A stretch of 64,000 bases of DNA, from NCBI GenBank assembly GCA_002633005.1, contig NMRA01000750.1:104260-168259 (forward strand), in the 5' to 3' direction. Shown one piece after another: positions 1 to 11,600 of this stretch. The position numbers were made by a program, and so were the translations under genes. Within the stretch, counting starts at the first letter, position 1. Every line of letters begins with the position of its first letter. The notes under the pieces were generated by a model, which saw only the letters and a program-made list of their open reading frames with translations, made no database searches and had not been told where the DNA came from. This DNA is from Phoronis australis. Lineage: Eukaryota; Animalia; Phoronida.

Positions 1-1548
1 AAACTGCTCAACCACTGTACACATAATTGTGCTGACCTGCTGCGAAGAAATACGTTTTCTTCATGATACAGGGCCGTTGTAGCACGAAGGTAAACATGAG
101 AGAAAACAGTGTTGGTTTAAAAAGGCGATCCACCATGCCTCCTGGTCAGGTAAACCATCAACTCTTCATAAATCTTGGCCCCATTAGAGTACAAGTTCAG
201 TAGCAACACGGTTCTGGCAAGACTGCCTATCCCAGAGCTTGGAATGACCAAAGCCGGAAGAAGAAAATTTTCCAAGTGAAGTGTTCCACAGATAGACTTG
301 GGTGACAGAAATATTGTTTGTGTGGTAAAATTCAACTAAAATTAAGCTTTTTGCATGAACGAAGCCAAAATTATGAAAAAAAGACAAATAAGAGGGAACT
401 GGAAATCAAAAATGAAGAAATCCTTTTAAAAAAGGAAAATTCCAAGCCCTGATGTCGAAAAAGAATTGGACAAAAAGCCTTCCCGTTCAGTATACTGGAT
501 GTTCCAGCAAATTCTGAACTGGTGAGCATTGCGACGCCAGATACTTTCCTTAGTGTGCCCACGCCCGATACAACCCTGGAAACTCATGAGCGAAGTTGTT
601 TGGCACACGATAACCTCCCATAATCAGTTAGAACATATCTTGCAGAGTTTTCCGAGGGACAATTGGGTTCGCAATTAGACTATTAGTTACCATGGAATCA
701 TTTCCACCCCTTGCAAGCATGCTATTAAATAATTAGATGAGCTGGACACTTACAAGAGGAAAATTTGAAGTACATCATGGTGTCACCTTAGTTTGCAATT
801 AATTGCAATTGTTTGAATAATGTGCATAATCTGTAATTAATTGCATCTAAGATTAAAGCCTTGCTGTGCCTTAGGAGAGTATTCGAAATAAATGACGTCG
901 ATGTTTATGTGCATAAATTGTCAAAACTGATCATGTAATGACTTGCTTACCGATTTCATTACACTCGTTGACCACAAAACATGGGTGTATTTATCTACAT
1001 GTACTAGCCCCTGTGAAAGTTACGAGCAGAAGTAGAATTTTGAATAGTGGCGGCCATGTCTTGCAAAAATTATGCTTGCAAAAGCGAGTAATTGATTTTA
1101 TTAAATTAATTAACCACAGAAAAATTTAGAGATTGTCAAGATTACAACACAGCCAAAATGCTCACATGAAACAATCACAAAAAATATATTACCAATATCT
1201 TTTAGGTCCCACATTGGTACCTCATGGTAACTAGTCTACCATTTCGCTATTTCATAAACATCATTAAAGTTCTCCTTTTGATAAAATACAAGAGTGAATC
1301 AATTTAAAAAGAATCCCAACCAGCGTTTTGGTGAACAGTGCATGAAGTATAGAACCTTGAGTTTCATATGAATCCATTAACCAGTTCTAAAGTACATGGG
1401 GTCAAATTTGAATATTTTTCTAGGCTCCTATATAACCTTTACAAAGAACATTGGAACATCGTACATTTGGATTTCATTTCAATATTTTACTATGATTTTG
1501 CAGTTGAGTATTTGTTCAACATCAGTACAAGGATCTGGAAGCAATTCA

Positions 1549-2752
1549 GGGGCCCGTTCCAAGAAAACTGACTTGGCTAAGGCAAATCCTCAATCTCAAT
1601 CAGTTTTAAAGTGTACGCAACATGACTCCAGTACCTCAAAATAAATTTTATTATTATATCCTACTTGATTTCAGTGCCTTTAGTGCACAGCTCATAAAGA
1701 AACACGTAAAAATTGAAAAAAAAAATTATGTACAACGCCATGGGTTGAACCCAAGTCGTTCGGCACACTGTTCGGATCAGCAACTGTATAGAGTGAAGTG
1801 AAAGTAAAGTATATTTAGCGTCGAGAAGGTTCGTAGAGGGATGAAAAGAAGTGTTTGCGGAGGCTGCAGCAACAGCAGTCAGACGGAGAACGTCGCGGTG
1901 TTCCGAAGGACGCCAAAGTTGCGTAGTAGTGGCATCGCTTCGTGCGCCGAAAGAGAGTGTGGGACCTCAGCGTGGACCAAGCGATTCTGTCCGGGGCCAC
2001 TCTGTGTTTTGCCCACTTTCTGAGGACTCGTGTTTCGACTCCAGTCACAGGAGATGTTACGATGAAGGCCTGGTTCAATAAAGGACAATATTTACTATTC
2101 AGAAACATCGTTTTTTTATTCAGGATCGTCTGTTGGATGACTGGGTTGACTGGCCGAGGCCGAGGCCGCTTCTCTCGCGGGAGGATCCAGTTCGTAAGGC
2201 CTCAAAGTATAAAAGTACGCTGCTGAAAACATATCAAACTCGTTCTCGCTTTCGTGCAACCCCATTTCGTCATCCTGGCCACCATTCTCGTACGTTTCTT
2301 CATAGTATTTGTTCATTTCTTGCTCATAATCGTTGTCGCTTTCAAATTCCCTACTCTCCGCCGTTGTTCAATGCTAGTCGCCGAGCTCTTGTGTTCAACC
2401 CATGATGTCACATGGCGGGAAATGTGAAAATTGGCAAAATTGAAAGAGAAATCAAAATTTCGAGCTAATGACACAAAATAATCATGGATTTGGCTTAATT
2501 TTACGTCATACATTTAGTCTGTGGCCACCGGTAATTCGAAATGTGCAAAAATCCATGGTGTGTACTGTTTAAGATAAAACTCAATTTGTCTCACAAATCC
2601 ATTTCAAGAAAAGAAATTTTAAATTCAACCTACATTTTTGACTTAGTTTCTCTTATTTTTGGCTAACTTACCAGATATGGAAGTTTGAAAGTTGAGATAA
2701 ATCTTAGACTTAAGCAAAAAATTACCTTAAATCAGTTTCTAGGAATGGCCCC
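1549..2752. mobile_element. MITE of the GGGGCCCGTTCCAAGAA family (CWG target), split by a nested insertion
   Basis: The left end cag-gggcccgttccaagaaaactgac (~1549) and right end tcagtttctaggaatggcccc-ag (~2752) match the intact copies at 9933-10171 and 17115-17357. Removing 1610-2572 restores cagttttaagataaaact, which matches 17177-17195 (cagttttgagataaaactt). Confidence 0.7.
1610..2568 (-). mobile_element. Non-autonomous Kolobok-like DNA transposon carrying a decayed KolX / P2X7-ballast-like first exon
   Basis: TTAA on both sides (1606-1609, 2569-2572). Imperfect TIRs agtgtacgcaacatg / catggtgtgtactgt (11/15 match). The minus-strand acidic ORF (2116-2316, extendable upstream to a mutated aacaACGGCG start) has RPYELDP and a downstream NDVSE*, resembling the PYxFEP...DVSEWC N-terminus of KolX/nanor-type proteins. 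Confidence 0.6.
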
Positions 2753-3425
2753 AGGACACCTCCTCTATAATTAATGAAAAATATAGAAGACTCTCCAGTG
2801 TTCAGATTCGACACAGTAGAGAAAGTATAGACTGTGAACTATGGTTGAAACAATCTCCCAACTACAAATTGCTGCAACACACATCTTTACAATTTAAAGT
2901 TATATGAATATCAAACTGACACAGCTAATGTCAAATTTTATTTTATTTTTAGAGAAGAACAGAATGACAACTGTAGCAAGTAAAATTAAAGGACCATACA
3001 CAGATTCCACCTAAAACTGCTAATTTAAAACTTCATTGTAACGAATGTAGCTGCAGATGCAATCACTCAGTCCATAGTGCATTACCCACATTCCGAATTT
3101 AGCTCTCCTTTGGTTGAGGTAGAAAAGCGCATAGCATTTGATCTAGTTCTAGAAAGGTCAACTCCTAAAACACTTCGAGCAAAGTTGTAAATTAAAGTGA
3201 AGGAAGATTAATCACGCCTCATATTTTTATGTTTTTTTTGAAGTCTACATGGATGTAAGTCAAAAGCAAAATTTTAATGGCACCAGAACGACTACTGACA
3301 CACTGACTTTAATTTAAAGTTATTAGCGTGCCAGCAGTGTACAACTGTGGGGCAAATGCACGGGAGGGGAGAGAGGTGCTTGGTGAAACAAATATGTTAC
3401 CTCGCTTCACTTTAATATGTATGGA

Positions 3426-5274
3426 TCACTGTTTTAAAGTGTCTTCTTCAACCGAGTTTATTGCTTGATGTTTTAGTTCTACAATGGACTCGTCTAGTTC
3501 TTGTCTCATTTTTTCTAAATATTTGAACTGTTCCTGTAACTTGTCCGGGGCCTGTTTTAATTTCTGGTGTAAGCTGATGAACTCCATGGCCTCTGTATAA
3601 CAAATGTCAACACCACTCAGCTCACTTGGCAGCACACTTAAATTTTCATCTTCAACTGAATCATCATACGAATCTGTCATTACGTCAGACGTTTTGTTAA
3701 CAGCTCCTAAAATAATGAACACATGAGTACGGTTACAACAGAGTTGAGTGTGATTTGAAGCCTGCTCTACAAACCGAATATTGTTGAAATAGACATTCTA
3801 GGTACAAGATCTACAGGCTAACATAGCCCAGAACTGTTCCCAGAAACGTAGACTGCATAAGAATTAATCTGTTTTAACAGTTGATAACCATTCTTGTTCA
3901 GTTTAACACACACTGTAGTTAAATTGAGAAAGCCAAGTTCAGGGGCTGAACACAGGCGGCATTTGATTTAAAAATGAAAAAAATCATCCATGGGTAAGCG
4001 TTAGACAGTGACCACGGCCTCTAGCTGGCCAGTAGAGATGGTGAAGCTCATACAGAAGCTTCAAAGGCCGGGTCTAGAAGCTTTTCGGGGAATTATGCCT
4101 CACACTGATTAAAACATCAAAGTTATGTCGTAATAAGTACCTTTTGCACACAGAAGGACACCATAGGAGGCCGTCAATATCTTTAATTCCTTCGAACTCG
4201 AACAAATACTCCTGTTATAAAACTTTTTCTTCGAGTAGTCCTCCGTTCAGTTCCCAAAATCGAAAACTGGCCATTTTTAACATTGCGTGACGGATGGTAT
4301 GACATCATATACCCTGGCGTGTGCTAGGTAAAAATGGCCAGTTTCCGAACTTGGAAACTGAATCAAGGACTGCTCACAGAAAAAGTTTGGAAAAGGAAGT
4401 ACTTGTTTGCCAAAAAGCCTCTGCCGTATGAAGCTCCTATACTAGGAGATTCATAGTCTCTGCTACTACTAGCAACTTAAGCTAGAGACGGTGTAGAGAA
4501 TGACCAGCCAGCAGAGATGATGTAGCTCCTATAGGCGTTTCATACGCTGGAAATTTTTCAGCGAATTATGCCTCGCACTGACCAAAACATCAAATTCACG
4601 TTGTTATAAATACCTTTTGCTCATAGATGGGCACCTTAGGAGGTCATTTATGTATTCAATTCCTTCAAACTCGGAACAAATACTCCTGTTATCAAACTTT
4701 TTCTTAGAGCAGTCCCTTGTTCAGTTCCCAAAATCTGTAACACACCATTTTTAACACTGTGCGCAGCAGGTGGCATATGCCGCATATGACGAATGCATCT
4801 TCTACCGTGCGCAGTGTGAAAATGGTGAGATATCGATGTTGGGAACTGAACGAGGGACTGCTCCTCCTAGACAAAGCTTGATAACGTCTAACAAGAGTAT
4901 TTGTTCAAGTTGGAATTAAATACATCGACGACTTCCTGAGGTGTCAATCTATGCGCAAAAGGTATTTATAACAACGTAACTTTCATGTTTTAGTCAGTGC
5001 GAGGCATAATTCGCCGAAAAGCTTCCGGCCTATGAAGCTCCTAGTCCTAGTATAGGAGTCGAGCTCCATCTTCTCTACTCAGTCTCAGCAGAGATGGTCA
5101 TTGTAAAAAGTTGAAAAAAACTCTGCTTGAGCGTTTACCAACTCCATTCCCTTTCAAAAGAAACACCACATCGTCGCTCGATGTTTTTTTGATATCCTCG
5201 TGTATCTTGTCGACGGTAGGCGGCTTTGGTCGCGGTGTGAATGACTGCAACTTTTTTCTCTTGCTCATCTTCAT
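3426..5274 (-). CDS. C19orf25: UPF0449 family protein (C19orf25 homologue), 2 exons, ~138 aa
   Basis: Exon1 5274-5139 MKMSKRKKLQSFTPRPKPPTVDKIHEDIKKTSSDDVVFLLKGNGV (phase-1 donor gtaaac). Exon2 3706-3426 (acceptor ttttag) ...YTEAMEFISLHQKLKQAPDKLQEQFKYLEKMRQELDESIVELKHQ*. Total 417 nt in frame. PxRPxPPTVxxIxED plus a C-terminal coiled coil is the UPF0449 signature. Confidence 0.85.
4010..5085. mobile_element. Two adjacent long palindromic (foldback/MITE-like) elements
   Basis: Copy B (~4505-5080) has ~270-bp inverted arms, e.g. aattatgcctcgcactgaccaaaacat vs atgttttagtcagtgcgaggcataatt, and gttcagttccca vs tgggaactgaac. Copy A (~4010-4450) is homologous, with a shortened right arm. Confidence 0.75.
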
Positions 5275-5638
5275 CAGGCAGTGTTGGCAGAAAAACTAGG
5301 TCAGTCGCTTATTAACATAATAAAAATTTCATGAGCTTTGTGTTACAGCATGCACGGTTGAGAAATGAAGATATTTATTGAAAAATATCGTTGCTGCATT
5401 TTTCAACGGAATTGAAATTGTAATTATATATACCAAACTGTCCCAAATTAACGGGGTCTAAATTTTTGGCAAGTAGCGTAAGCGGACACGGTAGGCCTAG
5501 TTATAATTGACCTATTTACGAGCCAGCGCGAAGAAGGAAGAGTTGCGTCATGGTCTATCATATTTAGCTTATTTCTTCTGAACACGGGTTACCGTGTGTT
5601 GGCTGAGACGTTATTTTAGGCCTTCTATTGTTCTAGCT
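5275..5638. promoter_or_regulatory. Putative bidirectional promoter
   Basis: Only ~365 bp separate the divergent start codons at 5274(-) and 5639(+). The region is CpG-enriched relative to its flanks and has a CRE-like ttgcgtca at ~5543. Confidence 0.55.
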
Positions 5639-8600
5639 ATGGTAGAACGCACAAGGACGAGCCAATGGTCTGGATTTCAGGAAGATCTGGTGCGCTTCGT
5701 CCTGGCTGGAACTTCGAACATGTGCTCGGCCAGTGGTGGGTTAACAATTATGTTTTTATTGTAATGATACTCATACTAATACTAATACTCTAATTTAGTT
5801 TGAAATTATAATATATAACTTAAATACATAACTTCATAAATTACCAGCGTCCGATGACAGATAATTCCTTATTTCGAACATTCTCATGGGCGGAGCNNNN
5901 NNNNNNNNNNNNNNNNNNNNNNNNNNNNNNNNNNNNNNNNNNNNNNNNNNNNNNNNNNNNNNNNNNNNNNNNNNNNNNNNNNNNNNNNNNNNNNNNNNNN
6001 NNNNNNNNNNNNNNNNNNNNNNNNNNNNNNNNNNNNNNNNNNNNNNNNNNNNNNNNNNNNNNNNNNNNNNNNNNNNNNNNNNNNNNNNNNNNNNNNNNNN
6101 NNNNNNNNNNNNNNNNNNNNNNNNNNNNNNNNNNNNNNNNNNNNNNNNNNNNNNNNNNNNNNNNNNNNNNNNNNNNNNNNNNNNNNNNNNNNNNNNNNNN
6201 NNNNNNNNNNNNNNNNNNNNNNNNNNNNNNNNNNNNNNNNNNNNNNNNNNNNNNNNNNNNNNNNNNNNNNNNNNNNNNNNNNNNNNNNNNNNNNNNNNNN
6301 NNNNNNNNNNNNNNNNNNNNNNNNNNNNNNNNNNNNNNNNNNNNNNNNNNNNNNNNNNNNNNNNNNNNNNNNNNNNNNNNNNNNNNNNNNNNNNNNNNNN
6401 NNNNNNNNNNNNNNNNNNNNNNNNNNNNNNNNNNNNNNNNNNNNNNNNNNNNNNNNNNNNNNNNNNNNNNNNNNNNNNNNNNNNNNNNNNNNNNNNNNNN
6501 NNNNNNNNNNNNNNNNNNNNNNNNNNNNNNNNNNNNNNNNNNNNNNNNNNNNNNNNNNNNNNNNNNNNNNNNNNNNNNNNNNNNNNNNNNNNNNNNNNNN
6601 NNNNNNNNNNNNNNNNNNNNNNNNNNNNNNNNNNNNNNNNNNNNNNNNNNNNNNNNNNNNNNNNNNNNNNNNNNNNNNNNNNNNNNNNNNNNNNNNNNNN
6701 NNNNNNNNNNNNNNNNNNNNNNNNNNNNNNNNNNNNNNNNNNNNNNNNNNNNNNNNNNNNNNNNNNNNNNNNNNNNNNNNNNNNNNNNNNNNNNNNNNTA
6801 TGACCTTTGCACCAAACGACCTCTTCCGGTGCAATATGGAATATGATTATATAACTAATCATAATTTATATACTGTCAAAAGTCATATGCTGAATATAAA
6901 GACCGTACCTGCACCCAATATGGAGTTATTAAGCCTCAAAGTTGGTCGGAAGAAGAATAAGAAGAATAAGAATAAGAATAAGAATAAAATTGAAGAAAAC
7001 CCAGGAACAACAGTACTCTGCGCTTACACGCGCAGAGTAATTAGGAATCACTGCATTTTAACTTATCACATGGAGCGCAAAATTTCGCAGTGTCTGGGTA
7101 TTTCGTCGTGAAACTTAAAAGTTAACAACTGAACGGGCTGCATGAGAGTCAACCGACACTAACATGGTCCATCATTTTAGTTGCAAAACAATCTAATAAA
7201 TGTCTTTTTCATGTGTCATGCTCAGGCTTTGTGACAAAGAAAAGTTTATCGTCGATTTGAAAATAGCACGCACTAATTGCCTTATTTTTTCGACATCGTT
7301 TAGTAGTTGAGAACAACTTCGCCAAAGCAAAATTTGCTTAGAAATATGGTTTGCTGTAATAAAATACTAAAAACTTAAAGTGAATCGAATTCTGGCAATT
7401 TGTTACCAGCTGTACGCTGCGTGAAAGAAGAATGATTGATTGAAGAATCTGCAAAAAAGAAATTGGCCAATATGACATTCAATTTGGTCGTGCTGAAAGC
7501 CGACACCATATTATTGCTTCTCATGCTCAGATGAAGAATGGTAGAACTGTAATTTTTAGCGTCGGTAACTAATTTAGTTCACTCAAGGAGAATGTTTCTG
7601 TTGATGTTGATTTTGGGTCAGACTTTCTTTGGCCATTTTTGACCCATAACTGTCCATTTATAGAGATTTGCGCCAGTACAAAGGTCAACATAAATACATC
7701 AGTGCTCAATTTGGTTACCTGCAGGTAACCTCAGATTGTGTTTGGCGACCTGAGAAAAATCCCAAGTTGCCATGATGTCGCCACTGCAAGTATCAAAGTT
7801 AGACAACAATTCGCTCGAAATTAATAAACAGTTTCCCTCATTTAATACCTTTGGTCCATGATTTTTCCGTTGATTTCATGAAATCAGTGCATTTGGCACC
7901 ACAGCAGTCAGCACACATGAAATCCGTGCTTAAATTACAACAGCAAGTAAACAGATGGAAGTTGGAATTGTTTGGCAAAAATCTGACAAAATCGCCTCTA
8001 GTAGTTTATGAGATTGTCTGCATTCAGTTAGAGAATGAATCAATGTACATATTCGTTCATGGGGCGAAATTGAAGAGGTATGCACGCCGCGCTCTTTTTT
8101 CTGGTTTACAATTTCGTCAGTTTGGCAATCTCAGATTTCGTTTGGCGACCTGATATTTTTCGCCAAGTCACCAAATGCGACTTGGTATGAACCTAAGTGT
8201 CGAGCACTGTACATTATTACAGCAGTGGCAATGATCCATGGATTGGAAGCTATCTATCCGACTAAAGCAGACTACAGCAACCTATGTTGTGGTCAAGAGA
8301 TCTTGAATTTTACACTTCTTAGTTTTCTTCAGTGAATTTGGTATAATATTTGATTACAGTGGTGGATTTAACGAGGTGGGGGGGGCAAGGGGGCACGCCG
8401 CCCTCCCCTAGAGTTTTCCTAGATTCCATTTGGCAGTTTGGTGGTGCGAATGTCTGATAGGCAAAATCCTGACTAATACTCTGCTCTGTCCCCCAACTTG
8501 AAATCTTGGATCCGCCCCTTGATTAGAAAAGTGGCTGAAGAATAAATTTTGTTTTACCTTTGAATTCATAAAGTGTGGCTTTACGAGATTTTCCAGAGCA

Positions 8601-11600
8601 CTCTTCTTTCTCTTGTTACTCGCCTCCAGTTAATTGATGATTGACAGGTAAGCATGGTGTCCTGAATCAAGCTAAAGTAACCAAGTTACATAACCGCTTC
8701 TCTGTTCCGCTGTTGTGTTTTAGCCAGTTTATATCCAGCGTTCGCCTACTCAAAAATTTAAATTGGTCATGTTTCCATCACTTTGAAAATTTAGACAGTG
8801 AACAGCCCCTTCATGTCATAGTGAACGCACATAAATGATACTTTTTTGTTCAAAATAAAAAATTAAATAAATTATGTCGCGTCCTATTTTTAAAGTCACA
8901 GGCAATATCAAACAAATCCGTTTGCTAAAACAGGTCATGGAGAACACTGAAATGGCATGCAGAATCTCTTGATTCCGTTTGCTTTTATCGTTTGTTAGAA
9001 TCATATATAAGCATGTTAAAGGAAGGAATTATGGGTTGATGACTGAACCTTCAAGATCATCTTGGGGCAAGTCTCACCAGCAGTTACAGCTTTGTGACCC
9101 ATATTTTCCCTCATCTGCTTTTCAACTTTTGACATGAACCAGTTTAAAAACTATGCGACAATCTTGACCATGTGCTATTTGCTTTTCTAGCTCCTGCAAG
9201 CGTGACCTTTTCAGTCAAAACATTAATGCAGATGAAGAATGACTCCTGCATTTTGATTGGTGTAGAAATTATAAACTCTTCAATATTTGCCTTTCATTGG
9301 CTAAAATATGAGTCATGTTTATTGCTGAAAAAATCGCTTTGCTTTGGTGCCCATGAGTGGATTAGAGGAATTTGCATGTCGACATTTCACCATGACAACT
9401 GGAATGAAAGCGGCTGCTAGGCATCCCGGTAACTGTAAACTAATCTGCCAAGGTTCACACAGGGTCTGACCCTGTTCCTGGTTTCGCTGCTACTTGTGAG
9501 CATGCAGTTTTCCTTTTGCATATATTTTAAAATCTGTGGCCAGGCTATTGGTCTGAGTTGGAATGTAAAGGATCTAAGGATGTTTGGCTGTAAACCATAA
9601 TGTTGTAAATGCAGGAGCCAGTCCATGAATGTTATAGCAATTCTTTGTTAATTCAGATAGTGAACTGCAGATAAGGTCTGCGCGTGGGTTTGGTAGTACT
9701 GTACTCATCGGCTCTTTGTGTTAATTGCCACATAGATCGTAAACATGCAAGGCATGGTTTCTTCTGTAACAGATCTTTCGATTTATTTATTTTCTTCAGC
9801 TCCAAACAATAAAATTGTGATTTAACTTTCAATTTGATGGTAAAGCCTGATTAGAAGGTTACTAAACCCGGATTTTGACTGTTAACAGATATTAACGCAG
9901 ACACAATCATAAAAATCTTTGAAACAAAGTAATGGGGTCTGTTCCAAGAAACTGACTAAAGTTAATTTTTGACTTAAGTCTAAGATTTGTCTTAACTTCG
10001 AAACTTTAACACTTCCACATTTTGTAAGTTAGTCAAAATTAAGACAAAACTTAGGTCAAACACTTAAGTCAAACTTAAGATCTCATTCTTGAATTGGTTT
10101 TGAGGCAAATTTAAGTAAACTTTTATTTTAAAAATTGTCTTAGCTAAGTCAGTTTTGTTGGAACGGACCCCATGGTCTGTAGACTTTTCCCAATCTTCAA
10201 TTTTGGGTAAAATCACCAAAGCTTGCTTCAGTATTGGTTTATGATAAAATTGGCTGAAGATCTTCTTATCAAAGTCCCATCATTGTGTTCATGTTTCTCA
10301 GCAATGATAATTCTGTTTAGTCGTAAGCCAGTAACAAATCTTGGCTTTTAAGTTGTTTGTAAATGGCTGCATTGCAGTGTACTAAATTTATTTAGTAAGT
10401 TTGCAAGTTTTGTTACACCGAACACCTACTGCTTTATTGGAAGTTTCTCAAGTTTTGACGTCACAGTTAGATCATGCATTGCACAAGTGTGTCTCGTTTT
10501 GTCTATACCTCACAAATGTTTTTTTTTTTAACTTCAGTAACCAATCCAATCGATGTGGTGAAGATTCGCATGCAGCTTGACAATGAGCTGGCCTCACGCA
10601 GCGACAGTAAGAATGTGTTCAAGAACCGCTACTACAAGGGATTCATCAAAGGTGGCAGTGTGATAGTCAGGGATGAGGGAATCCGTGGACTTTACAAAGG
10701 GTGAGTTACTTGACATTAATCAGTACAAAGGGTTTTAGATATTGCCAGCTGGTGTAAAGTCCCAGTGTCTCTTGAATACTTCTAAAATGACAAAATTGTC
10801 ATTGATTCCAAAGCTTTCATTGTGTGTTGTCACCTCAGACAGGAAAGTATTTTTTATGTTTGTCAAACAAGTAATGGCATCGTTAAAAGCTGGGGTTCAA
10901 TTTCATAATGGCAGGCAGAAAAAGGTTTTCTAAATCTACGAATCGTATTAAACATCAACTACTTTGTTTAAACTAGTGTTATTTTGGTTCATGTTGTATT
11001 TTCTTTGTTTACCAATGCCTCATATTCCTTACATTTAGACTACTCCCATCTCTTATGAGAGAAGGCAGCTATAGTACAATTCGTCTTGGAGCCTATGAGC
11101 CATTAAAGAGACTGTTTGGTGCTGAAGATGTGAGGCACACACCACTGTGGAAAAAGATCTGCTCTGGCGCCATCTCGGGTGATTATCCAATTGTTTTCTA
11201 TAGTCAGTTGTCAAAACTAGAGTTTGACTGTTCATAGGTTAATACAGGGCTTGGAATTTTCCTCTTTTAAGAGGATTTCCTCTTTTTTTGTTTCAATTTC
11301 GTCTTATTGATTCCAGTTTCTTTTTTTTTGGTCTGTTTATCATTATTTTGACTTGACATGCAAAAACGTATATTTCAATTAAATTTTACAACACAAAAAT
11401 TCTTTCTATCACGTAAGCCCATTTATTTGTGGAACGGTACCGTACATCACCTCGAAAATTTTCCTGTTTTTTGTCATTGGTCATTCCCAGCCCTGTTAAT
11501 GGTGGTTCAATGCGTGCTTGTCTTTATTGAACATATGCACATTTTTAAGTTTTTCGACATGAATGCTATACAGAATGAGTATGCTCACTATTTTTTCGGA

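Noticed and set aside
1-335. Possible coding exon at the window start
   Set aside because: Stops in all plus frames and no recognisable motifs in the minus-strand ORFs.
5834-6862. Long poly-X ORFs (also 62305-63399)
   Set aside because: Artefacts of N gaps.
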